Of a stretch of 64,000 nucleotides of DNA, positions 1 through 12,568 are shown piece by piece. Every line of letters begins with the position of its first letter. The first letter of the stretch is position 1. Both the position numbers and the translations under genes were made by a program. Origin of the DNA: Octopus sinensis. Its lineage: Eukaryota. The notes under the pieces were generated by a model. That model was not told the origin of the DNA, searched no databases, and worked only from the letters and a program-made list of their open reading frames with translations. The DNA lies in NCBI RefSeq assembly GCF_006345805.1, contig NC_043004.1, positions 55,242,001 through 55,306,000 of the forward strand, read 5' to 3'.

Positions 1-129
1 ATGCGTTGAAAAAAAGAAGGTTAAAAGACTTTACGTCGGGTTTGTTATGTTTATTTGGTTAAAAAAATTCCTACTTATTGGTATCAGTATATTACGTGCT
101 TTAGTTCGGTTAAAAATCTTAAACGTTAC

Positions 130-750
130 CTTATTAACAGTCTGTTATAGTGAGAAAATGAAGCACTAATGATGGCGGACTATAAAAGATTGGCAAAATC
201 AGTTCAAGCAGCTTAGGTAGAAGATAAATAATGCCATGTTCAAGTTTGTAACTATGTACTCGCAAATAAGTGTTGATCCGTTGTAACTTATCGTGGGGAA
301 TCTGTAAAACAGCAATAGTGGTAATAGTTGTGCAAATTCAAATCTAATTTTAAACATATTTACGAAGGATCGCGCCCAAGATGCAGAAGTGAAAATAATT
401 AAATGAAACATAATGCAAAACAATGTGTGACAGCAGCAGGCAATCAGTAAATTGTTTCAACCTGACTTGTTGATCAACACTAAGCGTTGAATCAAGTGCT
501 GCCAGGGGAATGGATTTTGCCTGTGCTATTAGAAATGTTGCAAAAATGTTGCAAAAATGTTGGAAAAAAAATCAGAAAAGCTCATTTTATTAGCTGCTTA
601 GGTTTATCACTGTTTTACATGAAGAATATTGTCTGTCCATTCTTGAGCACAAGGAATAAAGCCTTTACGAAAATTTACATTTACCAACTGTCACATTCTG
701 AAGATAGCCATTATGTTTAATTATACTTTCATAATCATACACCAAGAGCT
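130..750 (+). mobile_element. Heavily degraded possible FLYWCH/MULE (Mutator-like) transposase relic
   Basis: Broken frames give MMADYK..., NKC*SVVTYRGESVK, DRAQDAEVKIIK and GMDFACAIRNV, which resemble FLYWCH and MULE (DFE.AI.NA) motifs; many stops and frameshifts. Confidence 0.3.
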
Positions 751-1013
751 CTTTGCTTTGTTTACATTTAATCATAATTATATGTTTCTGTTTAAGCATA
801 AGTGGTGTCAAACTACATCAGCCCAACTCGGTGGCCTTTCTATTAGATAAACATCGGTAGCGTAGAGGGATGGGAGAATTGTATACACGGACAACTGTTA
901 ATCTTTCCTCAAAAATGCTACCAAGGCCTGTACAAACCTATGCAGATGCATGGCCATCATTGACTAACGGAGGCGATGCCCTAATTTATCTGTCTATCTA
1001 TCGACATTAGAAA

Positions 1014-1237
1014 ATGTCGAGAAATTTTATTGTAGAACGCTGGTCGCGTTCCTTTATGGACCAGCATTTTCCTAGTTTGGAAACGCTAGGAGAAGAAAAA
1101 AAGAACTCATGCACGCAAAGTGCAAACATGAATATCGTTGGAATGAACGCTGCAACAACGTGCGGTAACAGCCCTGTCACCGCCGCCACCACCACTAACA
1201 ACAGCAACCACGAGACTACTACTGCTACCACCACCAC

Positions 1238-1268
<31 letters not shown>

Positions 1269-2233
1269 ACGACCAACATAAATGATAAAAATAAAACTCA
1301 CACGAAAACTATTGACAAAAACAACAGCAACAACAAGAACAACAATAAAAATGAACTATCTAATAGTGAAGATGTTAATATAACAGAATTAACAGCACCA
1401 ACAAATTTCGCTGACACTCTGCGTCAGAAGAAACAGATTATACATTTCACGAACGAAGAACTTTTAGAAACAAGATCTCTCTTTACAACCAGAGGGCAAG
1501 ATTTAGTGCTACATACACCTCAACACATAAAGCAAGAAATAGAAAATAAGACAATTATTTATAAAATTATAAGAAAAAACAAAAAACTAAATGAACAGAT
1601 TACAAAAACGGATGTAGAAAAATGCTTAAAAAACATAATGAAAAAAAAAGAATACATAAACTGGGGTCCCCAGTTTAACACAGTAGTGGTCCGCTTCCCT
1701 AACCAGGAAGTGGCAAAAGCTCACTCTACTGAGTCTTTGGAAAATGATGATATCATTCTTTGCCTCTACCCCATACTGATACATCGGACGACGAAAGTTC
1801 GACGGAATGGCAAATATCCACAGGGGGTAAAAGGAAAAGATCCAAAAAATCCACCAAACAAGGAAGTAAAGCAGGGAGATATCTAACTCCGGACAACATC
1901 CCCCTAGACAATCAAAAAAGCAATGAACCCGTAAAACCACACACACAACTAACTGCAATAGACACAGACAATAAAGAATTAATGGACTACATCACAGCCA
2001 ACACGGACATCTGTGAAGATGACTTTAAGACAAACAATCATCCGCACACCACACCACCGAAACACATCAGAATTTTACATATAACACAAGCACAACACCA
2101 CATACTGAAAACAATATTTCCGAATGCGGTAGGCGGGTTTCAACGATACCTGTCGAAAAAACTATACAAACACCTCATCAAAAACAATACAAAAGAAGAA
2201 GAAAAAAATGAAACTTTTAAAATGAGTGAGTGA
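1014..2233 (+). pseudogene. LINE ORF1 (low-complexity N-terminus, RRM-like middle), frameshifted near 1760
   Basis: ORF 1014-1886 continues in the frame of ORF 1760-2233 (…ENDDII / LPLPHTDTSDDESSTEW…KRKRSKK); lies directly upstream of ORF2. Confidence 0.7.
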
Positions 2234-2290
2234 CCTCCCCTCTTGCCTCTTGTCTCTTCTAATGTAGTGTGTAAAACACAATTTTCGTAA

Positions 2291-5200
2291 ATGTCAAGTA
2301 TGCTTAAATTAGGTTGTGTGAATGCGCGTGGCTTGGCGTCGGCTTGGAAGCAAGGTTACCTTCTAAACGACATCAAGTCACTGAACGTGGATATAGTAGC
2401 TATCAGTGAAACCAGACTCAGTAAGCCGCGGGCCCTCGAGTCCATGTTTGGTAATCAATTTGACATTTATTTTTCTCCCTGTCTACCGAACATGGGTGGT
2501 GGAGGTACCGCGGTGCTTTTTCGAAAGAGTCTAAATGTAAAAGTAAGAGCAATATTCCTAGACCCGGAGGGTAGGCTGGTTGTCTTGGACGTGGATGGCA
2601 GAAATGGGTGTGCATTCCGTCTGATGGCAGTTTATGCACCGTCCTTAACGGGTCGGGCGGATTTCTTCAGACGTCTAGAGGTTTTCCTGGGTACGTCTAG
2701 ACATTTACTGTTAGTAGGGGATTGGAACGCTACCTTGGACACGCATCTAGATTATGTGGGAAGGGATAGGAATAGAAGGGGGTGTAAGAGCCTCAAAGAC
2801 CTGCTCAGACGTTTCCATTTGTCTGACAGGTTCCGACTCGACCATCCGAACGTGCCAACGTGGACTTGGACAAACCGCGTCGGATCGTCGAGATCTTATC
2901 TAGATAGAATTCTATGCAGGACAGCGGATAGGGATAGTGTAGGATGTCCACAATTTAAAATAGTCAGCTACACAGATCACAAATTTGTTACGTGTACGCT
3001 CGACTTAGATAAAACACATAGGCAGGGTCCCGGTTACTGGAAACTGAACACGTCGCTGTTAGCGCGACAGGTTTACAGGAACCGGATTAGCGAGTTAATT
3101 AAGAGGGCGCTGACGGGAGCCGTCGTTAACAACCGCGGGTGGTACGCCCTGAAAATGGCAATAAAATCGGAATCAATTAGGTTTAGCAAGGAATTAGCGA
3201 TAGAACGAAATAGAGTAGAGGGAGACTTGGTTAAGAAACTAGAAGAGGCACTTACCACTGGCAGCGCAACCAACGTGCTGGCTGCGAGGATGGCCCTCGT
3301 CCAACACCTCAATGCCAAGCACGAAGGTTGCGTCGTCAGAGCTAAAACACGTGCCTTAAGGAACGAAGGGATCGAAGCTGCGCGAGAGGCCCGGGTAGCG
3401 GAGGCGCAGCGTGGCAACAGAGCCACCATTCGGTCTCTAATAGATCAACAGGGATGTGTGAGGCCTTTCAACAGCACTTTGCTCGAAAGGATGTGTGAGG
3501 CCTTTCAACAGCACTTTGCTCGACTGTTTGGTGCGAGTGGTGGGTCGGAACGCGGGATGGATTTCAGTGCCTACCTGACTGACCTGCTGCGGCTCTCGGC
3601 AAGAGAAGCGGAGTGTTGTGAAAGTCCCATCACAGCCGCTGACGTGTGGGATGCGATGGCGGGCTGCGCGAGGGATAAGTCGCCTGGATTGGATGGTTTA
3701 CCCTACGAGCTGTATTGTCAAATGCCAGACTTGTTTGGCGACCTCTTGGCATCAGTCTACTGCAACTGGCAACAAAACGGGAGAATCCCCGGTTTCGTGA
3801 GCCGAGGTGCAGTGACGTTGCTGAAGAAAGACCCAAACAAGGGGAATTTTATAGATAATTTCAGGCCCATCACTCTGCTCAACGCAGGGCGCAAACATGC
3901 GCCGTGCCGGGCAGAACCATACATGACAACCTCCATCTGATGCGCTACATTGTGGACATGGTAGTTAAGGATCTTGGCATGGGTGGAGCGCTGATAAATT
4001 TGGATCAGTCTAAAGCCTTCGATAGGATCGACCATCGGTACTTGGCGGCCGTCCTCAGGGCGGCTGGCTTCGGTCCCGTGTTCCGCGGTTGGATCGCTGC
4101 CTTGTATAGCGGCATCCGATCGGTGATTCGGGTGAACGGTCACCTGTCGAAACCGTTTGACATCACGCGTTCGGTCCGTCAGGGGTGTCCCCTGTCGGCG
4201 CTTCTGTATGTATTGACTCTCGAGCCGCTACTGCGGAAGCTGGCGACACTGAGGGGCATCCTACGGGAACCGGGTTGCGGTACGAGCGTGTCGGCATATG
4301 CGGACGATGTCACCGTCATAGTGTCGAGCGACAAACACATCAAGATGATAGGTGAGACACTAAGAAAATACGAAACGGTGACGGGAGCAAAGATTAACCC
4401 GGAAAAGTCATTGGGTTTGCTACTCGGCACCTGGAGAAGCAAGCCCATGCCGTCCGACTGCGGCTCAGTAGTGGGACGCTGGACGGACGGACCGGTTAAA
4501 TTGCTCGGGGTCTGGTTCAGTCCGGACCTCCAAATGGATAAGAACTGAGACGAGATCACGAGTAGAGTGGTCGCTCTCAGCCAAACGTGGGCCGAGAGAA
4601 AGCTGTCTCTAAAAGGCCGGGTGGAGGTGACGAACGCGTACATCGCATCCGTCATCGATTACGGCCTGACCGTCGTACCTTGTCCCGACGCCACCATCAC
4701 CAAACTGGAACGCATACTCTTCCGCTTCCTGTGGAAGGGTGGCGTTCCGATGGTGAGGAAGTCCATTTGCTGTCAACATCCGTTGAATGGAGGACTGGGC
4801 ATGCCGTGGTTGATGCGCAGGCATGCGCTGAGACTGCGACATCTCTGGAACTTCATCGACGACGGTGAACAGGTGTGGGCGCCGTTTGTGAGGCGCGATT
4901 TCCCGCAGCTAGTCTCACTGACCGAACTGCAAACGTGGATCAAAAAGAGACCGAAACTGGGCGATTAGTACTGAGAGTGTCGCCAAGCTCTACAGCAGCT
5001 CTGCCGACCGGGGTCAAACTTGTGCAACTTACAAACGACTAAAGCGTTCTATAGAGGACTAGTGGAGGGGAGGTCCGACCACACACTCGGGGCAAACCTG
5101 GGCGTCGACGAGAAATTCCTAACCTGCCTGTTCAGGACGACGTTCGGGCCGGGGCCTATGGATAACTTCCAGAAATCCCTGGCTTGGCAGTGCTATCGAG

Positions 5201-5679
5201 ACGCACTACCTGTTGGAGAGAAGAGCTACAGACACGGTTCGAAAACCATCACCGGACCGACCTGCCCGAGATGCGGTCAGAGCGACGAAACCGTTCTGCA
5301 CGCACTCGTGCAGTGTCCAGATATTTCAGAGCTGTGGTCCTTCGTCGAACAGCTGTTGTCACGTGTAGGTCGGGCTCGCCTATCGGCCGAGTCTATCATG
5401 AATATTGTTCCACCACCTTCCTTTAAACGGGAAGGGAAAACGGTTTTCGTTACGCTGATGGCTATGGCGAAAGAATGTGTGTGGTGGACGCGTTTGAAAG
5501 GACTGCAAACAAACACCTTCCTCTCTGGTCAGTCTCTCGTCAACTTTTTCAAGTACCATTTGAAAAGGAGGATGAGAATAGAGAGGAAGGCTTTGTCGAA
5601 CGAATGTTTTAAAAAGTGGGTAAAAGTGGCAAAAATGGTCAGTATGAAAGACGACACTATTTTAAGCATAAATCTGTAA
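2291..5679 (+). pseudogene. LINE ORF2: apurinic endonuclease + reverse transcriptase + zinc finger
   Basis: NARGL, ISET, GDWNA, YLDRI, DHK (APE); KSPGLDGLPYE, RPITLLN, QGCPLS, YADD (RT); CPRCGQSDETVLHALVQC. Deletion/frameshift at about 3890; in-frame stops at 4546, 4966, 4972. Confidence 0.95.
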
Positions 5680-5795
5680 CCAAAAGAGACAACGAGAAGT
5701 AAGGCGACTTACTCATGTGTTCTGTTTCGAATTGTCTGAGGTGACCTTGGTCTCTTTTGTAGGTTTTTCTTTCCAAGGCTACACCTAAACTGTGA

Positions 5796-5844
<49 letters not shown>

Positions 5845-5996
5845 TATTGCTTTTTTATACACCACACAACCCACAGATCCCTATTGATCAAACGTTTTTT
5901 CTTGTGCCCCACCCATCCCACCTCGAAAAGAAAAAAATCTACATTGTATTTCGTCCATTTTTATTGTGTTTAGCCCTGTGTGGCTACAATAAAAAG

Positions 5997-5998
<2 letters not shown>

Positions 5999-6086
<88 letters not shown>

Positions 6087-6183
6087 GTCTGTCTGTCTGT
6101 CTGTCTGTCCGTCCGTCTGTCTATTTATCTGTCCGTCTGTCTGTCTATTTATCTGTTTGTCTGTCTGTCTATTTATCTGTCTG

Positions 6184-6258
<75 letters not shown>

Positions 6259-6323
6259 GTCTGTCTGTCTGTTTGTCTGTCTATTTCTCTGTCTGTCTGT
6301 CTGTCTGTCTGTCTATTTATCTG

Positions 6324-6420
<97 letters not shown>

Positions 6421-6455
6421 TTACCTGTCAGTCTGTCTGTCTGTCTATTTATCTG

Positions 6456-6516
<61 letters not shown>

Positions 6517-6522
6517 TTATTT

Positions 6523-6569
<47 letters not shown>

Positions 6570-6620
6570 GTCAGTCTGTCTGTCTGTCTGTCTGTCTATC
6601 TGTCTGTCTGTTTGTCTCTC
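5999..6620. repeat. Compound (TCTA)n/(TCTG)n microsatellite
   Basis: Direct reading. Confidence 0.98.
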
Positions 6621-6690
6621 TACAAGGGGGTGCTGAAAAGTTCCTGACTGGGTAAAAGAAAATATAGGAGTATAAGTTAATTATGTCTTT
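6621..6690 (+). mobile_element. Mariner-type MITE terminal fragment
   Basis: TACAAGGGGGTGCTGAAAAGTTCCTG matches the TIR of the complete MITE at 36464-36690; another fragment is at about 43152-43220. Confidence 0.7.
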
Positions 6691-7559
6691 CTGTCTGTCA
6701 GTTTGTGTTTGTCTGTCTGTCTGTCTATTAGTTTCCCAACAGATGTAGATATAACAATCCTCCTAAAAACCATCTCGCAAAACACTCAAATCTCAGAGTT
6801 AACCGGGTCCCTCAATCTATATTTAAGAGTTAGAAGTTATTTTTACGGTCATTTCTCATTATGAACGCTTAATATTTAAGTGGGGCCTCTAGACCGCCAG
6901 CGATCTTAAGTTTTACTCTTATGTCTCTCGCCACTTGAGTAAAATAATAAGTCTTTAGACGGGTTTTCATAGAGTTATTATTTATGTTATTATCGAGTAG
7001 TTGTGATTATACTTTATTGTCTACCGTTTAAAAGTTATAAGCTTTATCATAGTACATCAGATCTTTGGTTTTTTTCATTTTATAGATTTTTTAATACCAA
7101 TTTTGAGCTTATTATTAAAAGAATTAGATGACTTACATTCTTTTAAAGTTTTTGATCCTTGCTCATTATCGACCCATTCTTTACCGAGGTGTATAATATC
7201 CGTGCTCACTTCTACAGAATCATCGAAGCATGGTTTTTATAGTATACATCAACAGAGGTTTTCTGTATTTTCTTACAGTCTTGTGGTATAATGATTATTT
7301 GATGGTGGTGATATATTATTAGTTGAAAAGAAGAGGCTGTATTGAGCCATGGTCCATGAAGTGTTTCTTGAATATATTGAACGCTGTATCAGTTAATGCA
7401 TATCTATATATCAGAAGCTGAATTTAAAGATTCTTCATAGAGAAATGCGCAGAATCTTAAATAGGAACTTGTCACATGTGACAGACAAGTCTCATATGTG
7501 AAAATGAAGAACTCAATATATTGAATATATAGATAATTTGTCTGTGTGTGCGTGTATAT

Positions 7560-7600
<41 letters not shown>

Positions 7601-7717
7601 ATCCGCACATGAGATCCAGAGATTCTCCGTATAGAAGACACGTGACTCTTTCCCTCTCAATATATATATATATATATATGTATATATACGTACATATATA
7701 TATATATACATATATAC

Positions 7718-8008
<291 letters not shown>

Positions 8009-8047
8009 TAAAAAATGGAGTTAACGCAGGTTTAAACAAGTATTTTT

Positions 8048-8132
8048 ACTTTCTACATGTTTCAAAAATTCCACTGATACTTATTCAAAAGAATAAAAGG
8101 TATAAACAATGCAATCTTCTCTTCGGGAAAGT
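8048..8132 (-). ncRNA. Type I hammerhead ribozyme motif
   Basis: ACTTTC-CCGAAGA-stemII-GAAA-CATG-TA-GAAAGT on the minus strand. Confidence 0.75.
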
Positions 8133-8407
8133 GAAAAAACGAAACTTGTCAATACGACATTTTAGCAAAAAATGATGGATTCGTAAAGCGATAGACAGAA
8201 CGCTATTAATATTGTTTAAAAAAACGTTATATGATACAACGTCATAAGTAGCTAACAGAAAGAGTAGGGATATTAATAGTGAATGTTAAATATAAAGGAA
8301 ATTAAAGTCTAAACTATATATAATGTAAATTCAATAATGTAGATAAGATTTCTAGTCGTAAAAGAATTATTGATAACAAACATAACTTACGCACCGATAC
8401 AGAGCGA

Positions 8408-9199
8408 ATGAAGGCAGATAACCCTTATTTATTCTCCTATTACCGATCTAAAAGTAAATATAACACCTTCAAAAGTAATTACGCTATGAATACTAGTAAG
8501 AATATTTGGTTAATAATTCCTTACGGGAGACAAATTAAATCTAATCTCCCACTGCTGTTTCGTCAAGCTATTGCTAGGAATTTTCCAAATAATTCTAGAT
8601 ATTACTCTATAATTAATTCACATAAGGTTAGGATAGGTTTTTCAAACACAAAAAATCTCTTGCAAATTATATCTTCTCATAATAACAAACTGTTAAATAT
8701 TAATACATTTACTAACACTAACATTAATTTAGCTACTACCATCCAACCCTCTAGAAATATTAATAACAAGGTTATCGTATCTGAAGTCAATCCCAATAGA
8801 ATTAAATTTATGTCAAGTAACTCTAAGATTAAAAATTCTATATACCAGTGTATAATCAGTACTCGTAATAAAGTACGATTTTACATTGGAAGCACATCGT
8901 TAGAGTTATCTAAGAGAATTTCTATCCATTACTCAACATTTAGGGATAGAAATAAACGGAATAGTACCGGTCTCAGCAAACTGATTTGGGATTTAAAAGA
9001 CCACAATGAACTATTTCATTTAGAATGGTTGATCCTCTCACTTTCGATACCATATGACAAAGGCAAGAAATTCTGTCTTCTCTGCAATTCTGAGCTATTT
9101 TTCATTATTTTTTCTAAAAATACTCTAGTAAACACGGTTATAGAACGAGCATACAGATGTAAGCATTGGCAGAAACATACTTTTAGTGCATATAAGTAG
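8408..9199 (+). CDS. Penelope linker + GIY-YIG endonuclease (RT missing)
   Basis: SIYQC…FYIGST…KRISIH…STGLSKLIWDLK…W.I…CLLCNSE, typical of the PLE endonuclease. Confidence 0.85.
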   Translation: MKADNPYLFSYYRSKSKYNTFKSNYAMNTSKNIWLIIPYGRQIKSNLPLLFRQAIARNFPNNSRYYSIINSHKVRIGFSNTKNLLQIISSHNNKLLNINTFTNTNINLATTIQPSRNINNKVIVSEVNPNRIKFMSSNSKIKNSIYQCIISTRNKVRFYIGSTSLELSKRISIHYSTFRDRNKRNSTGLSKLIWDLKDHNELFHLEWLILSLSIPYDKGKKFCLLCNSELFFIIFSKNTLVNTVIERAYRCKHWQKHTFSAYK

Positions 9200-9399
9200 T
9201 CTCTATCATTATATATAGTTTAGACTTTAATTTCCTTTATATTTAACATTCACTATTAATATCCCTACTCTTTCTGTTAGCTACTTATGACGTTGTATCA
9301 TATAACGTTTTTTTAAACAATATTAATAGCGTTCTGTCTATCGCTTTACGAATCCATCATTTTTTGCTAAAATGTCGTATTGACAAGTTTCGTTTTTTC

Positions 9400-9486
9400 A
9401 CTTTCCCGAAGAGAAGATTGCATTGTTTATACCTTTTATTCTTTTGAATAAGTATCAGTGGAATTTTTGAAACATATGTAGAAAGT
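9400..9486 (+). ncRNA. Type I hammerhead ribozyme motif
   Basis: ACTTTC-CCGAAGA-long stemII-GAAA-CATATG-TA-GAAAGT; 6-bp stem I, palindromic stem III, GUA triplet. Confidence 0.8.
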
Positions 9487-9673
9487 AAAAATACTTGTTT
9501 AAACCTGCGTTAACTCCATTTTTTATTCATATTATTCAAATATTCAACGTAAATACGAAGTTTCAACCTTTATAAACAAGGAGTTACAACATCTTTACTT
9601 GTGAGATTTTTGCTGCCCTGGTAACTATTCATTCATTTATCCGTGTTAATTGTTAACAAGGTAAAATACACTC

Positions 9674-9710
<37 letters not shown>

Positions 9711-9714
<4 letters not shown>

Positions 9715-10079
9715 TAAATTAGAGATAAAACCACTATTAGGCAAATCATACAATGAAAAACTTAAGCCAATACATAAGATTAATTAATTTATATTATTTT
9801 AAATATATATCAAATTATTAAAAAAAGATAATTAGTATAACACTACGATCGTTTCATTGATTAAACCTCGCCAAGATATTTCAATCACCCGAAGAATGAC
9901 TGTAACTCGAATTTTTACGAATTGGACAGCCATGAAACGATCGTAGTGTTATACTAATTATCTTTTTTTAATAATTTTGATATATATTTAAAATAATATA
10001 AATTAATTAATCTTATGTATTGGCTTAAGTTTTTCATTGTATGATTTGCCTAATAGTGGTTTTATCTCTAATTTAATAT
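9711..10079. repeat. Fold-back element, about 147-bp inverted arms with about 75-bp spacer
   Basis: 9711-9857 is the reverse complement of 9932-10079; arm ends recur at about 11460, 15377, 17218 and 45940. Confidence 0.9.
9884..9950 (+). ncRNA. Type I hammerhead ribozyme motif
   Basis: ATCAC-CCGAAGA-ATG…CTGT…ACAG…CAT-GAAA-CGATCG-TA-GTGTT. Confidence 0.7.
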
Positions 10080-10224
10080 AATATAATATTTTACTATAAA
10101 ATTGGATTCAATCCTAAATCTGATTTTTCCCTGTAAGTTTGGATTTATTCCCTAATATTTTATTATATATATATACTAGCTGAAGGTGACCCGCTCTACG
10201 CGCGGGTAAGAGTGTGGTTGTTAC

Positions 10225-10553
10225 TTTCTGTTGCTTCCTTGCAGCACGTAAAAAGCACCATCCGAACGTGGCCGATTGCAGCACCGCCTTGACTTGCTTC
10301 TGTGCCGGTGGCACGTAAAAAGAACCAACCGATCGTTGCCGCTGCGAGCCCTCCCTGGCACCTGTGCTGGCAGCACGAAAAAAGCACCCACTACACTCAC
10401 AGAGTGGTTGGCGTTAGGAAGGTCATCCACTTGTAGAAACACTGCCAGATCAGACTAGAGCCTGGTGCAGCCTCCTGGCTTCCGAGACCCCGGTCACACT
10501 GCCCAACACGTGCTAGCACGGAAAACGGACGTGAAACGATGATGATGATGATG
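10225..10553 (+). mobile_element. SINE/LINE 3' fragment with (GAT)n tail carried inside Helitron A (also about 13560-13893 and 15960-16284)
   Basis: Three GCACGTAAAAAGCACC repeats, TTGGCGTTAGGAAGG…, ending GAAAACGGACGT(G/T)AAAC(GAT)n. Confidence 0.7.
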
Positions 10554-11555
10554 ATTCTCCGTATTTATTTCTCTCTCCTTTCTCTCTCACTTTCCCACTC
10601 TCTTACTTTTCTTTTCTCTCGGACTCTCCCTCGCTTTCTCTTACTCTCTATCTTTATGTATCTCTCTCCCATTTATAAACAACAGAAGATCTTGAGTAAG
10701 TTGAGAAATAAAATATTTACAAAGATCAATCAGAAATATCAGGCAGTGGCAATGGAAAGGTCTGCTTCAAGGCAGACAGCAAAACGCTAACATTTAAAAG
10801 GGACAGACGAACTTGCGAGCTGAATAAAAATAATAAAATATTGGAAACCAAAGTTTAAAGGGATAGAATCTGAGGATAGTAGAGTCACCATGGCTGGCAT
10901 TTGTTAACGACGGACAGCAACGTAGTGACAGTTTAACGGCTGGCGTAAAATTTTGAACTTGATGTAAAAGAAAATTCGTAAACACCAAGGTTTGAAGTGA
11001 TTCTTTCTCACGACAGTAGACTCACCATGGCAAGCATTCAAAACTTCTTTATCATGGACGGCAACACATTGACGATTAAAAGGCTGGCGCAAATTTTTTA
11101 GCTTGATGTAACAGAGAATTGCTAAACACCCGCTCCTTTAAATTTTAATCCCCTTCCAGCCCATTTTAGACCCCTTTTCACATTTTGGTTAATATAACCC
11201 GATTTCATTCGGGTCTACTGGGATCACATTTTATAAGATGAGGAATTTTGTCCTAGAGGTGACGCCTTTCATTTGAGGAACAAAATAGTTGTGATGCAAA
11301 CTTGTCAGCACCTTTAACATAGGTGTGCATATTTTCAGCTGAATCAACCGACTACGTAATGCACACATTATATATATATGTGTATATATATATATGTGTG
11401 TGTGTGTGTGTGCATGCATTATATATACAAATGTATACAAATGAGATATATCTCTGTATAAATTAAATTAGAGATAAAACCACTAATAGGCAAATCAAAC
11501 AGTGAAAAACCAAAAACAAAAACATAAAAAAAGAAAATATAACATAGAAAATATA

Positions 11556-12568
11556 TCTATATATATAAAACTGTAGTTGTGTGAGTGTCTGTCCCCTTCG
11601 ATTTAGATTCCTAACTACTCCCACATTTTGCGGTGCAGTTTAACCAAATTCGGGTATCTTATAGTCGTGATTCATATCGAGCCCGTCTGGGTATTAGCGC
11701 GCGTCTACAATGAGTCTACGATTTTAAAAATAATTTAACATCATTTTTTATTCCATTTTAATGCATATTTTTTCGTGTGTCGATGGCGGCGGAGTTGGCG
11801 TCCACGCTCACGCCTGCACCTGTGTTGCTTCTCCCCCTTCTTCCCTCCCTCGTGAAGCTGTGGGGAAGGGAGTGTAAGGAAATCAACGTCGTAATGCGTT
11901 GTGAAGGAGACCAGCGTTCTTTTAGAACAACGACTTCATGGCTTGAAGTCGCCAAAACAGAAATCGCTAAAAAAGCTGAAACAGATCCACAAAAACGGCA
12001 AAAACCGCCACACAGGGCAGGTTTCCTGTGCAAACAATTTGCACAACCGAATGTTTTAGTTGTTGCACAAATCTTTATATATAAAAGTAAGGTTGTGTGT
12101 CTGTCTCCTACGATTTAGATTCCTAACTACTCCCACATTTTGCGGTGCAGTGTAATCAAAACCGGGTATCTTATAGTCGTGATTCATATCGAGCCCTTCT
12201 GGGTATTAGCGCGCGTCTACGATGAGTCTACGATTTAAAAAAAAATTACCATCATTTTTTATTCCATTTTAATGCATTTTCGCTATTATATAAGGGAAGT
12301 AACTCTCTAAAAATGTCTACGATGAGTCAACTATTAAAAAAAAATTACCATCATTTTTTATTCCATTTTAATGCATTTTTCGCTATTATATAAGGGAGGT
12401 AACTCTCTAAAAATGTCTACGATGAGTCAACGATTTAAAAAAAAATTACTATAATTTTTTATTCCATTTTTAATGCATTTTTTGCTATTTTTTTTGCTAT
12501 AACTCACTAAAAATGGTTATATAGTTATTTCCCTTACAAACCCGAGCAACACCGGGCGATACTGCTAG
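11556..12568 (+). mobile_element. Non-autonomous Helitron family B nested in H1, with two 5' ends (11556 and 12072)
   Basis: A|TCTATATATATAAAA and A|TCTTTATATATAAAA starts; 3' CCCGAGCAACACCGGG hairpin + CTAG|T; about 100-bp internal tandem repeats. Confidence 0.88.

Larger units (their letters stand above)
1003..5998 (+). mobile_element. L1/Tx1-clade non-LTR retrotransposon, near full length, inactivated
   Basis: ORF1 plus ORF2 (APE endonuclease, RT, C-terminal CCHC); 3' UTR ends AATAAAAAG followed by (TCTA)n. Confidence 0.92.

Noticed and set aside
4546-4974. Probable Trp-to-stop changes suggesting deaminase hypermutation of the LINE
   Set aside because: Only two such events; compatible with ordinary decay
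7081-7404. Protein-like minus-strand fragments (…FKKHFMDHGSIQPLLF…; …STDIIHLGKEWVDNE…)
   Set aside because: Interrupted by stops and a frameshift; no family recognised
11231-11440. Minus-strand peptide ending …GVTSRTKFLIL resembling a Helitron helicase C-terminus
   Set aside because: Lacks the HGQLYVA.SR motif; similarity too weak
11777-12118. 113-aa ORF present twice (also 17532-17873)
   Set aside because: Duplicated only because the host Helitron is duplicated; runs into the Helitron 5' end; no recognisable domain
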